64,000 nucleotides of DNA from Squalus acanthias (Eukaryota), in contig CM059432.1 of assembly GCA_030390025.1 (NCBI GenBank), positions 76,448,001 through 76,512,000 of the forward strand, given 5' to 3'. Below the pieces are notes generated by a model that was not told the DNA's origin, did not search any database, and saw only the letters and a program-made list of their open reading frames with translations. The position numbers were made by a program, and so were the translations under genes. The stretch's first letter is position 1, and the number at the start of each line of letters is the position of its first letter. Below, piece after piece: positions 1 through 14,218 of the stretch.

Positions 1-3000
1 AAAGATAAAAATTAATTCATCATAATCAGTCAAGCTAGCAAATAAGTACTTGGAAAATAAAATCAGAATGCTTGATTCAAATTAGAAGGAAATTAAGAGG
101 ATTAAAACATAATATGGAGTGGAGCTTTTATAAATGTAACAATGATCATTAGATTCAAATAGGTGTACCACAACATTTTCAAATGTACCAGCAGGGGTTA
201 GAAATTACACAAACTCACATTCTAGTAGAATATGGTAGCTGAATTACTTGACAACATGCAGTGCATGTAGGCAAATACTTAATATGATTTTCCCACTAAA
301 TTTCTCTTTGTGGCTGAATGCCTTTCTAAAACACTCTGCAGTAAGAAGTAACCTTATATATCCTTGATCATTGCTTGTATAGACGAGATCTATGCAGTAA
401 TTAAAGATTCCAGCTCCCCAAAAAATAAGAGTAATTGTAGGAATATTTAGGCATTAGCCTGTTTACTTCAACTCATTTGTAAAAAATAAACAGTTCCAAA
501 CAGTAAAGATTTTGTTATTTTCATCTTTTATTTGGTGCCTGAGAAAATGGAACTTAAAATGAACGATTGATGCTTGAGATGATAACAATAATGATGTAAA
601 TCTCTGCGCTATTCAGTGTTTATGTAATTTAGATTTTCAATAGTTAGTGATGAAAGTAAATACTTTGGTATTTGTTTATCACTTCATAGCATCATTTTAA
701 TTCTAATAGTGGTTTCGACCATGTTTATGAACTGACTACAATAATGGGAAATCCTGCAGCAAGTAATTAAGTCTCAAGAAGCAAATCTGCTTACTTTGAA
801 ATGCAGTAGATAATCAAAATGCAGTTGCTCAAGTGTAAAATGCAGAATTTAATGATCCTATGTAATACAGATTACAGCTTTCATTTTAAAAACTAGTAAT
901 GCAGAAGAACAAAGCTGTGGTCCACATTGTTAGGTTTGTGTATGAAGACCCTCTTCAATTGCATTCCAGAAATTCACAAATATCAGTAGCTCCCCATAAC
1001 CATCATTTTTTGTTTGTTTATCAGCAATATTATAGTAAGTATTTCTCCACATGTATTTATTATACATGGATTCACTTTGCTCTAAAAAAAACAATGGTGC
1101 TTTGGGATGTTGCAATACTAAGAATAACTAGAGTTGGCATTAACCAAGCAAGCTCCATTTGGTACAAAGACTGTGACCTAAATATACTGCAGATCATGTT
1201 GTCAAACACAGACACATGTGCTAGGAGTGAATGTGCATCTGAGAGTGTGTACACATAAAAATGAGACATGGGGTAAGAAACTGATGTAGAGAAAATGATA
1301 CAGAAACAAAGATAAAGTGATACATTAGTTGTAAACAAGCTGTTCGGAAAATTATGTGGAAGTATGTCTACATGGGAATAAAATCCATTTCTAAAACTAT
1401 AACATTTTACTCTGAAAGCTGTCATAGAACAGTTTTATGCCCAGTGGAAAGCTAGCCAAAGAATAACTGCATCTGCATACAGAGAAACTCTTTGCATGCT
1501 CCAATCTGGAGATGACAGTGCTACTTAAACAATATTGAAACTGAATAGCCATCATCTTTTATTCAGTGGCTATGAGGTAGAGAAGCTGAAAGGCTTAAAA
1601 TACATTAATGGTCATTTAACACTTTAGAACTCCATTTTACTATTCAAAACCAAAATAGATAGATAGTATAATTTTATTTTTATTTTAGTTCTGTGCACTT
1701 TATAATTTTACTTTAAAATATTAAGCTGTAGATATTTACTGAAGATTCTTGTTTCTAATATTATTTAATTGAATAGATACATGTATATTAAAAACTCAAC
1801 TACTCAGTGCTGACAATGATTTGATATTTTTGGGTCTTCTTAAAGGGATGTTATGAGTTTAAGTAAAGTGTGCTAATCTGGGACATGGTAGCAAGTTGGT
1901 GGCTCTGAATTCCCTTTAAAGCAGCAGATACGCTAATTGAAAACAGGCCTTTGGTTCCCAGTCACTAAATGTAAAAGTGGTTGGTAAATTTCCTGACAGA
2001 CCCACTAAATTACCAGTCCAAATCCAAAAATATCTGCTACTTCCTGCATTTGAAATTGTATAACTGTGACATTCCTGTAAGGGAGTGCACAGCTTCAAAG
2101 CTATTGCATTTCTTCTACTTATTTTGTGCATTTATAAAAAGCATGAGATTATCAAAATTGCACATTAAAAATTATACATAGGCTTTCAAAAACTGGAAAT
2201 TTCTTTCTTTCATCACGCATTTTTGAATATGTTCAGTGGAGGAGCTGATTCCCAAAGACTGTATCTACACATCAATTAACAAGGTGCTTGTGATCTGTGC
2301 CAAAGATGCAGTAATTGTGTTTACCAAATGACATTAAAAGTAATGGAGAGAGTGAATTGCCTCTTTGTTTTCACTGTTTGAAGCGTTGTTTTATAATGTT
2401 TGCCTCACTCCAAGGCACTTGTCCAAGTAATCATTCGTGACTTGACAAAGCAGCACTTGTGTTTTATTGCTGGTTGTGCTGAACTTTTCTGGCGAGGCAC
2501 TGTTCCTTTCAATAGAATGCCATGCTGAAGGGCACAGTTATTTGAAAACAGTAAATCGAGGGCCTGTTGTACCATTGCTAATGTAACCAGTGACAAAGAA
2601 CAAACATTTTCAGGGAAGTCGATACACTTCCATAGGAAATAATGCAGCAGAAAAAAAAGCAGACAACCAAAGGAGCCAATGTTGACAAAAGAGTTAAACA
2701 AGGACAAGTATATGGAACATAATAATAAATCTTCCATAGGATTACTACTGTATACGTTTACAATATATTAGATGAAACATTTCTTGTGCACAGTCATCTT
2801 GACCATCAGTTTAGAGCCCCATAGAAATCTTATTAAATTCATGACGAATTTATGGAAATGAAATTCTTCAGTGCAAAGAAATTGCAGCAATTAACCCTGC
2901 AGGCCTGTTTTGTAAGGATGTTTTTCATTAGTTTACAAATCACATTACAAATCTGAGAAAGTGTTAAATTTGAAATCATCACTAAAGCAAACAAAATTAC

Positions 3001-6000
3001 CTCACTACAGTTCTTGTTCCTGTAAAATAACATGAATTTTACTTCATATCAGATGCACAGTAAAACATTTCATTTTTGCTACGTTGCTACTAAACTGTTG
3101 TTCAACTAAAAAATGAAAAGAACCTTCACAAGCCAGTGAAGCTTTTACGATGTTTACATTCTGAAATGAAGCAGTATATTTTATTTGTATCTCATTTTTG
3201 ATTGTAGTTAACTGTAATTTTGCTGTACTTTGTATGAATATATCAGAATTGGAAACCTAAGATTTACATGGATTTATATGATTGTTACAGCTGATAGGTA
3301 CAGCAAGTCTGAAGTTGCTTATCTCTCAATAAGAAAACGGTAATATCCATTTGGTACTCTGGCTGGATCCTCTTTAGACGCCGGACCTCGAAGTCAAGGA
3401 ATCAGAGCTTTCTCTGCTTGTGTTCATGTCTGTATGACGGTGTTTCATTGTGTTAAATCCCATCCCCCAGGCATTTCAATTCATTGATTTGCAGCACATT
3501 GTCATTCTGTAGACTTTTATATTCTAGTAAAAATAACTTTACAAATGGTGGAAATAATAAAGCATATAAAATATATTCTAAAACACCTACATACAGCTGT
3601 CAGGTATGACAGAGCTGCAACCATTGTGTTATTTTGATCATGCTGTGTAGTTGGTACATTTTTGCAATTAGTGACAGAAATCTGTTATGTAACAGCAACA
3701 ATTATAGCAAAGAATGTCTCGAGCCAATACTGATTTTGAACATGTTTGATGCTTTCACTTAATACTTTCATTTAGACTTTGTTTTATTTACATGATGATA
3801 ATTGAATTTGTTTTCTATTAACAGCAGGAAGGAAAGGTTACTTTGTAATGCTGGCTGATAAATGCTTAAAATAAACCAAGCATTTTTCTGTTAATTATAT
3901 TCTCTGAATAGAGCAAAAGTGCATAACCCTCTTTTTTGGAAATGGTGCAACATTCTACAATAGATATCAGAGGATTGATGTTATTTATTTTTTCGGTGAA
4001 ATTATTGAGGTGAAGCTACCTTTAATTTTCTCCAACAGCTTTTGTTCTACTCAAAAAGCAATTTGTTTCTGACCCAGTGCTATCTGAACAAACACAACTT
4101 TTAAAGCAGTTTCATGTAGGAAAAATACCCTTTTAATCAGATTACCTTTGGCTAACTTCCCAAAAGCAGACTGAAGTGCAGTGCTTGTGGTTTTTCAACA
4201 GCTTACACTAAGCCTGCACCATGGAAATAATCTACTTTTAAACCCTGAGAAACAAATCAACTGTGTTAAGGACATAAGTCCCTGTCATTAGACAGTGATT
4301 AGGATAAACATTTTTGTACACTCGCCTGTTATCCTGGCTAGGTTTTGTAACAGACGGGGGAGGGAGAAAGGGGGTAACAAGGGTTCAGCAGCAAATCTTT
4401 CGCCAGTTTAACAAAAAGACTGACTACATTGCTAATTGTTCAAAGCATTCATCTCTGTGTTTCTAAATATTTCAGGCAGTTAAAGAACTCTTTGTATTAT
4501 TGAATGGAATGAGATACCTGTGGTAATTGTTTTATTAACTTATATGCACAAATTGTGATTATTCACATCAATGTAGTTTAATATCGCTTTACTCATTACA
4601 ACATTTGTTTCTAAAATATTTTGTATAATGAATGAATAAAAAATAAAATATTAATGAAAGAATTATGTTTAAATTTTCAATATAATTATTATATATAAAT
4701 ATGTATAATACATGTACACAATTTTCTGCATTCTGACAACACTTCTTTTTAAGGCTAGCATTGTATTATATTGCTAGAATCTGATAAAATTCTATTTAAA
4801 AGCAGTCTTTTAATTGACAGTGTGGCTCAATGCTATTTTCGAATAAGCTAATAAAATATTTAAATGCTTCCTTACACTTCCTTGAGAGGATGCTGTACAT
4901 GTACATTCTGCCTTACTTTTGATTCTTCTTTTTGGTTAGTGACTAGCAGTACTGATCAGAGCTACTCCAAAGCACGGTGCGCTAAGAATTTCACTGGCAT
5001 TTGAAAGGAAACAGCCAAAACAGCCGCAGAAGAAATACTGCTGCTTTAGTAAAAAATAAAAGCAACAGGAAAACAAGCAAAAATAAAAGCAACAGGAAAA
5101 CAAGCAAAAATAAATGTGTATTTTATGGATTTAGATGGCAGTCAAAGTGGGTCAGTTTAAGATGTTTGCTTCTGGCTGGTAGTAGTTTATGAAGTGTAAT
5201 ATGACAGGACCATGTAATGGGCTATAGCACCCCATGCCTGTCCTGTCTTACACTTATTATTGCTCAGACGAACCAATCATATGTTTAGTTCACTCAAAAC
5301 ACAAGAAATGCCATGTTTATGTTTTACATGTTTCTCTTTAGCAACTCCAATCACACCAAATTGTTACTGATTGAAATTGCAAACATATTTTTGCTATATT
5401 TTCAGCTGCCATAATTGTGCTTTTTATGATCTATAGCTTCATTTTGTGTTAAAATATTTCTAAAAATAGTATATCATTGATCTCTGAGGTCAGGTTCAGA
5501 GATGGTGAAATACATGATTAAAATAATAATGCTTTATAATCAACTAGAACATATAAAGGTGCCATGTCTTTATGTTGCTGAAAAAATATTGTGCCCACTG
5601 TTTAAAAAGAGATATTATAACTCATGAAATAGTTTAGAATATAATAAGACACAAAAGGAAGGGATTGGACTGAGTACCTTACAGGATCCTGGATAAGTAG
5701 GTCAGAAAAAGACCAGGTTATATTCTTCAATTCTGATTAATATTCATTAAAAACAATACCAGGTTTTTTGAAAGAATGACTCAGGGCCATTTCAGAATAA
5801 CATGGTGATGATAAGTAATTCTTCCTGAAATGGCTTTATTTCAGAACTCAGGAAACACAGCTGTTATTTTGAACCACTGTACTATCTATAGGTGAACTTC
5901 TATTTTTCACAAAAAAAATCCAACAAAAATACTATTCTCATATGAACTATATTTTTTTTATGAAAAAGCCATTAATCTGCATAACAAACAGTAAAGGTAG

Positions 6001-7225
6001 AGGTCAAGGGCTTCTCCATTTTGTGGATGCAAAAATTTCAGTGTACAGAATGAGACAAAATGGAGGAAAGGGATGTAGTGGATCAAAAACAGATACCAAT
6101 TGATGGGAGATGGAGATGGGGTGGGGTGGGGGCTGGTGGTGGGGGGACTGAATTGAAGAAATGAAGCAGGACATATAAGAGGAGAAGCGATACCTCAAGC
6201 TAGTAAAGGTACAATTCCATATTTTGATTAATTGATCTCCTGACTAATGCTATCACACACTTATACATGCGCACACCAGTGGCAAAGTGATGTTTGGGGA
6301 CTAAAGAAATGGATGATGTAAAGAAGTTCATTTTGTGAGATGCGTTAAAGTAATCAAATAAATTTGAGGCATGGTGTTCTTGGCTTCGTAACTAAATGAT
6401 TATTTGGAATAATAGGAAAACTATAGTTTTGATAACACTCCGTCTTAGTAATGTATCAACAAGCAGTTGATGGAGTGGAGGCAATGACATGGTAGTCTCA
6501 CAAATTGTTTTGTTTTTGTATAATCAAGAGCACAGGATGATGTGTGCAGAGAGTTTCTACAACATATATTAACTACAGTGGAATCCTGTTATGTACAATA
6601 GGTCAGGGGTGACAAAAATGCTGAACAGAATCAGACATATATAATATGACAGCTATACCATTACTGATTATGTAACTGATGCAGTTGGAACTTGGTACTG
6701 ATTTGCATACATTAGAACATTACCATCAATTTGCTTGTTGGGGTGGTATATAATCTGCATTTGACTGTATTTATAATAAGCCTGGGGGGACTGAGATCTG
6801 TATTATTGAACAGATTATTTGCGAGATCTTTACTTGTATCTTGATAGCAGCAGGACTTGTTCTGTGCAATAAACATTATCACAATGCAGACAGATTGAGA
6901 AGAAAGCACTAATCAGCATACATTCATGACAAGTCTACAGTGTAGTAACATTTGTAACTAGATAATCTGAAACATTAATGGAACTGAGACAGAAGTCACT
7001 CCTAAAGGGTTAAATGACAGAAGAGATCATTTGAATAAACTTACTCAATATGGTATAGATGTTTCACTGCAGAAATATGTTACATTTCCACTTCGAATTA
7101 CAATTGATTCCTGTTTAAGTGAATAACTGTTTGCTATAACAAACAGCGATAGTCTTTTGTCATGATTACCATCAATGAACAATTCAGATAACATTTTAGA
7201 AGCACTTCTGTGCTGCAGAAACATT

Positions 7226-7348
7226 AAAACAGAACATGTTGGAAGCGCACAATGTTCTGTTGAAGGGCCTTTATCCAGAAATGTTAATACTATTTCCCTC
7301 TCAGCTGCTGACTGACCTGTTGTTCATTTCCAGCATTTTCTGCTTTTA
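7226..7348 (+). mobile_element. Degenerate Penelope-like terminal fragment with decayed hammerhead motif
   Basis: ctgttgaagggcc..ccagaaatgttaa...ctgctgactgacctg...tttccagcattttctgctttt resembles the better-preserved copy at 10847-10945. The 5' aaaacagaacatgttggaa is an imperfect inverted copy of the 3' tail. Confidence 0.55.
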
Positions 7349-8859
7349 TAATTTAATAAATAGAGCAATTTCCAATTTTTATATCATTTTCTATAGAAAT
7401 TGCTCCAAGAAGGTTCATCAGATATTAGAAAATACCATAACTGCTGTAGACAGAACATCTTGATTATTAGTATTTTAGAAATATTTCCATTTCAGAAACT
7501 TGTGTTTTCAATCAATAAGAATTGACTCTATTAGATGTACTCAGTGTTTTGGTCATTTCAGGTTCCTAATAATGCATCTGATTTGTGCAATAGTCAGAAC
7601 GTTGGGACTGACCCAGCTAGTATGTCATTTACATTCATCTAGCTGAACAGATTTGCATTAATGAATGGCCTGAATTCAGCAATCAGTAACAAAGAGCAGA
7701 GGCTACACAGATCCAACATAGAGAAGCTCTTCCTACTGTACAGAGACAGGTCAGCAAAACAATCATCCTGAAATTAAAATTTACTCAGAGAGCAAACACA
7801 TCTCTCCCTAGTTTGAAGTGAGCATCTAACAATCACCTCACAACCAAGCATTAATAGAATGAAAGCACAATTCCAAATAAACTTCAACCTATGCTATTAA
7901 TGTATTGCGTTAAATGGTTCAGGAATGGGGGGAAAAATAACCTCAACTCTATCATGATTATTTAGGCACAGTGCCTTTCATTCACTAACACCAGCGTATG
8001 CAATTCACTGCGCAAATAGAAAATCACAATCTCGTCACAAATAGAATTTCATATAACCAACCAGTCCAGGCGCTTGACAGTTCATCTAAGAGCAGCAGAA
8101 ATGAGAGTCTGATGGTTAGCGTGAATGACAGCAACTGGGGCACTCAAATCACGCAGAATGGAGTGGGCCTGTTGTGACTTTCTTTTACATAGGGTTAGGC
8201 AGTCTGACTCGGGGCACTGTGATGTCAGTCTGAGGAAAAGTCCCTGCAACCCCCCACCCTGCCCCCCCCCACCCCACACAATCCCCTACCCTGCCACCCC
8301 CGACTCTCCCCCTGCCCCCACCCCCAGTCAGGATTCAATATCATCTTTCAACTTGACAAAATAATCTGCACCTGCAGAAACTAGAGCACATAGGAGAAGC
8401 TAAATATGAAGATTAATAATGCCAGCTTTGCTTTTTCAAAAAGGTTACTGTTAGCAGTGAGTCCTCTAAAATATTTTTGGTTTCTAAATAACCCCCAAAT
8501 AATTTATTAACATGATATATAAATTGTCATCCCATGTTAGTGAATAATAAATAAGGGACTATATAAATAAAGATTTTGCTCATGCTGGATCCGTGCCCTC
8601 AGCAACAGCCAGTGTCTCAGGAAAAGCAAAATCTTCCCAGATCTTTACGATGTGCGCTTGAGAGCTTACCCTTTAGGCAGTTGAATCTGAACCTTATTTT
8701 ACGCACAACAGTAAGCCTGATAACCCACTTGCACTTGCAGCAGGTGAGAATCTTTCTCATTTGTGATATCAATATGTATTTTGTTGTCTAATACAACCCA
8801 TGGACCAAGGTTTGAGCTCCTCTTATGACACTAATGCAGCTTCAGGGAAACTGTTTTCT

Positions 8860-9990
8860 GCAGTGAGAGGTTTGAAAAGGAAAGCTTCTTGCAATGAAAG
8901 GCTTGTATTTAGAATTTGTTATTAACATGCTTGTAATAAGAACGTTTGTTATAGAGAGAGGTTTGTAATAAACGTTTGCTATAGTGAGAGGCTTATAATA
9001 AAAGGTTTTGGTTTCATGAGAGATATGTAAGAAGAGTACATTGCACTTAGAAGTTTATAATAAGATTGTTCCTTGTAACAAAATGTTTTCAATGTGGTAG
9101 TTATAACAATAGGTTTGTAAAAAGAAAAATTGTAATGAAAATCCCACATTACACATTTCTTATAATGATGAAAGGTTTGTAATAGCAGTGTTTGTCACCG
9201 TTTATAATAAATATCTGTTATATAAATAGGTTTGTGATGAGAGATTATTCTAACAAAATACAAGAAGACATTAATAAACTTGCAGAATGGGTGTGTAAAT
9301 GGTAAACTAATTTCTATATAGATAAGTGTAAAGTGGTGCATTTTGGTAGGAGACAGAAGGAAGCCACATACTCCTTGGAAAATAAGAGTCTAAATGGGGT
9401 AGTGGAGCAAAGAGATCTGGGGTTACAGATTCATATATCATTGAAAGTTGCAACACAGGTTAATAAGGCCATAAAAATGCAAACAAAGCATTGGGGTTCA
9501 TTTCTAGAGGAATAGAATTGTAAAGCAGAGAAGTTATGTTAAACTTGATTCGACCACACTTAGAATATTGTACACAGTTCTGGTCTCCATGTTCCAAAAA
9601 TGATATAGAAGCACTGGAGAAAGTGCAAAAAGGATTTACAAGGATGATACCAGAACTGAGAGGTTATAACTATCTGGAAAGACGGAACAGGTTGGGCTCT
9701 TTTCTCTAGAAAAAAGAAGGCTGAGGGGTGACCGAAATCATGAAGGGGTTTGATAGGGTAGATGTAAAAAATAAAGTTTCTCCTTGTGGAGGAATCCAAA
9801 ACCAGGGGTCATAAATATAAGAGTCATGAATAAATCCAATAAGGAATTCAGGAGACCAGTTGGGCCGAATGGCCCGTTTCTGTGCTGTAAATGCTATGTA
9901 ATTCTATGGATGATCTGTAATAAGTTTGTTTTCATGACAGATTTGCAATAAGAGGGGTTCTATAATGAGAGGTGTATTGTGTATATTAGG
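8860..9990. repeat. Degenerate AT-rich tandem repeat (gagaggtttgtaataa-like), interrupted by a CR1 copy
   Basis: ggtttgtaataa/gagaggttt motifs recur at 8860-9250 and again at 9910-9990, on both sides of the LINE. Confidence 0.5.
9253..9906 (+). mobile_element. CR1 LINE 3' fragment
   Basis: RT C-terminal remnants (VHFGRRQKEATYSLENKSLNGVVEQRDLG; LEYCTQFWSP-like) and a 3' tail ttgggccgaatggcccgtttctgtgctgtaaatgctatgtaattctatg. Confidence 0.85.
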
Positions 9991-10589
9991 TGACAGAGAA
10001 CAAGGTACATTCAGAATCAACTGTAACAAGGACAGATGTCCATGAGTTTTACCGTCGTGCACAGAAACAATTGGAGACCTACTGATGGGCTGCAAAGGGA
10101 TCAGTCACAAGATTTTCACAACCTCACATATGCTCCACAAGCCTCATCATAACACTCACCATTGTACACAATATTTTTCTATTAAGCAGAAACTGATAGA
10201 AAGCACACTGCGCTATGACATGACAAAAAAGGCATTTACCCTGTCCCGTTCCATTTCTCATAAGATGAATATTCGGGCCGCAATATTCGGCTCCGCAGCA
10301 CCCGTTGCTTGGGCGCTACAAGTGCTGTTTAGGTTCCAAAATGATGTCCGTGGTACACGTACACACTTCTGGTAGGAGTTGTGCCAGACGCCATCTTGGT
10401 GAGGGCATTAGCAGCGCGCAGGGAGCGTCTGCTGAAAGTATGCAGATTAGGCAGATTGTGACATCAATCAGCATGTAACACTGATTTGATGCCAGCGCTG
10501 CCATTTTGGAGCTCAACGCTCCAGCTAACACCGTCTCTTCTGGACTCAACATCGAGTTAAACAATTTCAGACTATAACCTTGGCCCCTA

Positions 10590-10945
10590 TGTTTTCTTTT
10601 TTCTCTCACATGTCAGTTGTTGATGATTCTGCCATTGTCATTTACACCTCATCTAGACTCATCTTTTGTTTCTTTACTTGTCCTATTACCATCTCCTTTT
10701 GCCTTGCACCATCATCCCTTTTGTCTTTTAATCTCTCCTGCCTTCCATCCTATCACAGACCTTCCCTTTGTTCTTTCCTCCCCTCCTCCCTTTTCCTGCC
10801 CCACACTTGCTTAAAAATCTTGTTACTTCTCTAACTTTTTCCAGTTCTGACGAAGGGTCATCGACCTGAAATGTTAACTCTGTTTCTCTCTCCATGATGC
10901 TGCCTGACCTGCTGAGTGTTTCCAGCATTTTCTGTTGTTGTTTCA
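10590..10945 (+). mobile_element. Penelope-like element terminal fragment inserted in Harbinger element 1
   Basis: Pyrimidine-rich body ending ctgacgaagggtcatcgacctgaaatgttaactctg...gatgctgcctgacctgctgagtgtttccagcattttctg, including a hammerhead core. Confidence 0.7.
10843..10879 (+). ncRNA. Minimal type-I hammerhead ribozyme motif (stem III mutated)
   Basis: agtt-CTGACGA-a-gggtc(atc)gacct-GAAA-tgtt-aact: stem I agtt/aact, stem II gggtc/gacct. Stem III reads ATGT instead of palindromic ACGT. Confidence 0.65.
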
Positions 10946-11202
10946 CCCTCTCTTAAACACGCACAGCTGAACATACGTTCAGCAGCAGGAAGATACCCTC
11001 ACCAGCACTATTTAAAGGGATCATTAATTACTTACAGGTTAGTTGCTGATTGATTTCTACTGGCTCTTGCTGCGATTGTAGAAGTGTTTGGTGGTTTCTA
11101 GAGTTTTTTTAAGTTGCTAAAATCTACAGAGAATGGTGTGGCAGGTGCTGAAGGACTTTGTCCTGACTTCAAGGATTCTGCACAGATCACTTGCTCCCAG
11201 AC

Positions 11203-12330
11203 ATGGGTGCACTAGTAGGCATTCCACTTGGCCTACAGCATGACAGGGAGAATGAGCAGAGGCGACACAGAGCAAGACAAGCTGCGGGAAGAGGAAGGAG
11301 GAGGGGGAGAAGGGCTCTCAGCAGGAGGCCATATCCACCCAGGGTGTTCAGGGAGGAATCCTCCTACCTGAACCTCAGTGATGAACAGTGCGTCAGTAAG
11401 GACGTCCTCACTGAAATCTGCCACCTGCTGCGGCCACAACTGCAACTTCAGAGCAGAGCGAGGGCCTCATTGCCAGTGGCTGTGAAGGTGACTGTGGCCA
11501 TAAAGTATATGCATCAGGCTCCTTCCAGGCTGGAGCAGGAGATATTTCCAACATCCCTCAGTTTGCCGTCCACTGCTGCATAAGGTCACTGAGGCTCTGT
11601 ATTCCAAGAGAGCTGAATACGTTTAATTCTGTCTTGCCAAAGAGCAGCAGGAGAAGCGAGCACATGGCTTTGCGAGGATTGCAGTCTTCCCTTGGTGCAG
11701 GGTGCCATTGACTGCATGTACGTCACTTTGCGGGCGGCGCATGTCAACTCTGAGATGCACCGCAACCAAAAGGGATTCCATTCCCTCAACGTCCAGCTGG
11801 TGCGCGACCATACACAGTGCATCATGCAGGTCAATGCTCGGTATCCTGGCAGCAGCCATGCTGCCATCGTTCTACGGCAGTCCACTGTACTATCAACATT
11901 TGAGCCACCACGACAAAATAGAGGTTGGCTACTGGTGAAAAGGACTATCCGCTGATGACATGGCTCATGACTCCAGTGCGCAACCCACGCACATGGCGGC
12001 AGCATTCATACAATGAAAGCCATGCTGCCACACAAAATGTGATAGAGCACACCATTGGCATGTTGAAACAATGCTTCCCCTGTCTGGTCCGATCTGGAGG
12101 AGCCCTGCAGTACTCGGCAGAGTGGGTGTCAAGATTCATGGTGGTCTGCTGCATGCTGCACAACCTCGCCATCATGAGGGCAGCCCTTGCCACCAGCTAT
12201 ATGGCGACCAGCTGAGGAGCAGGACGAGGAGGAAGAAGAGGAGGAGCAAGAGGAGGAGTAGGAGGAAGGAAGGAGGCAACCTAGACAGCCCTTTTCTGGC
12301 GGGATTGTCCGTGAATAGCTCATCTGACTA
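11203..12330 (+). pseudogene. Harbinger (HARBI1-like, DDE_Tnp_4) transposase pseudogene
   Basis: Frameshifted ORF pieces: [100 protein letters not shown]. All are collinear with HARBI1-family transposases. Confidence 0.92.
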
Positions 12331-12375
12331 CCAAATTTATAAATCAAACCATGCCATACTGCATACAAATGTCAA

Positions 12376-14218
12376 CTAATCATCCTTGTGCATTCTCTTA
12401 GTACCTGTCTTCCGTGTGCCTTTGCCTGTCCTAGTGCTCCTACGCAGTGCTACCCCTGTGGCTGCAGCATGGCTGGTGGAAGACTGTTGACTTTCAGTGG
12501 GGGAGACTGCAGATGGCCTTGCAGGATGACCTTGAGAAGGCCCAGCTTCGGGCTGCACCATCTCGGCATGGGCGGCAGCAGATGGGCTGGCTGGCTGACA
12601 AGAAACAGCAAGGGCACTGGTGGAATGGTAGGGGTAGGAGTAAGAATGCTGTCACCCTGAGAGAGGACAGCAGGTTCGTGCTCCATGGAGCCATTGCCAC
12701 TTCCCAAGGCCAGCGCCTCAGCAATCTCAGTAATCTGTTGGAGGGCTGATTTTTTTAAATTATTCGTTCATGGGATGTGGGTGTCGCTGGCAAGGCTGAC
12801 ATTTATTGCCCATCCCTAGTTGCCTTCTTGAACCGCTGCAGTCCATGTGGTGAAGGTACTCCCACAGTGCTGTTAGGGAGGCAGTTCCAGGATTTTGACC
12901 CAGCGACAGTTAAGGAACGGCGATATACTTCCAAGTCAGGATGGTGTGCAACTTGGAGGGGAACTTGGAGGTGGTGGTGTTCCTATGTGCCTGCTGCCTA
13001 TGTCCTTCTAGGTGGTAGAGGTCGTGGGTTTGGGAGGTGTTGTCGAAGATTGCTGGACTGCTGTAGCAACCTGCAAGCCCTTTTGAACACTGGTTTCTGC
13101 AGTCATAATGGCAGCAGTCTGAGCTTGCGTGGCAGAAGTCTGAGCTTCCACTGCAGCACCCAGGCTTTGGGTGGCTTCTGCTTGTGCTGCAATGGAAGCT
13201 GAGACATCGGCCATCGGATGCTGCATCATGGTTGGGTCCACAAGTGTGCTAATGGAGTTAGCCACCATTTCCATGCTGGAAAGGATGGGCTCCAAGCTAT
13301 GCGCAAAGCCCTGGTGCCGGACTCCTTCATGCTACTTGGCATTGCACGCAGACTATCTGGCAGGCCTGCCAATGCACCAAGCATTTCATTGTTTCAACCA
13401 TCAACCTTCTTCTGTAGCCTGCCCCATCGAAGTGCTCATCTGAGTCCTCTGCAGCAGAACTCTTGTGCGACCTCGCCCTCCAGCGAGCTGGTACCTGCTC
13501 CTTGCTTCCCTTGCTCCTTGCCCTGGCTGGAGGTCACTCATGCCCGGTGTCGCACCACATGCAGATCCCACATCTAACCTATCCTCTAAAGTATGCAGAG
13601 CATCAGTATCTGAGCTAGTGGCTGCGACTACCGTCTCCTCCATCAGTGTAAAGACATGCAGCCGTGCCTGTCCCCTGCCGGTTAGCTCCTGCTGCCTCCA
13701 GATATGCGCCAGCTTGTTGCGGAGGGGAGAGGGAATTGTGTCAGTGATTGTGGTGTAATCAGTTTGGGTGATTTGCCTGTCATGGTTGAATAGCTGGCTG
13801 TAAGATGTTGGTGTGAGGCTTGCAGCTGTGCTAAGTGTGTGAGGGTGAGGTGAATGAATGTCAGGTATGAGTCGTGATTGATAGAGATTGTAGGTAGGCG
13901 AGTGATGGGGCTGTGGTGGATTGAGAAGTGTGTGAGACTAGTGGTGCAGTTGGTGGGATATGGCGTTTGAAGATAAATTCACTGACCTTGACCACTCATG
14001 TGAGGTCATTGAACTTCTTGCGGCACTGAATCCCAGGTCCTCAGGGCTTGACTTCTGTCATTGACTGCCATGACTATTTGCTCCCACTGCCTTCGCAGAG
14101 TTTGTCTGGAGGGCCTCCTGGTCCCCTGTGGATAGAGGACCTCTCTCTTCCTGTCCACCTCCTCCACCAGTGCAGCATCAGAGCTCCTTGCAGCAAGCTC
14201 TCTCTCCTGTTGTGCCAT
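12376..14218 (-). pseudogene. Harbinger Myb/SANT-like DNA-binding gene, spliced and decayed
   Basis: Exon 1 (14218-13987) MAQQERELAARSSDAALVEEVDRKREVLYP..LRRQWEQIVMAVN..RTW followed by a frameshifted QCRKKFNDL, donor aag|gtcagt. Downstream pieces (13401-13643, 13008-13295, 12376-12561) end in the basic tail RRSTRTGKGTRK, like element 2. Confidence 0.8.
12750..13048 (-). mobile_element. 3' end of a CR1-group LINE inserted in the Myb-like gene
   Basis: Reverse complement matches the 3' end of the LINE at 39200-39518 (gcggttcaagaaggc...gggatgggcaataaatg...cccacatcccatgaacgaat). Confidence 0.85.

Noticed and set aside
899..3033. ORFs of 60-119 aa in AT-rich DNA, also 44816-45139 and 47521-47871
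   Set aside because: No recognisable homology, composition typical of random AT-rich sequence, and no coherent splice-site framing.
5071..5115. 27-bp direct duplication (aaaaataaaagcaacaggaaaacaagc)
   Set aside because: A simple two-copy slippage event with no further structure.
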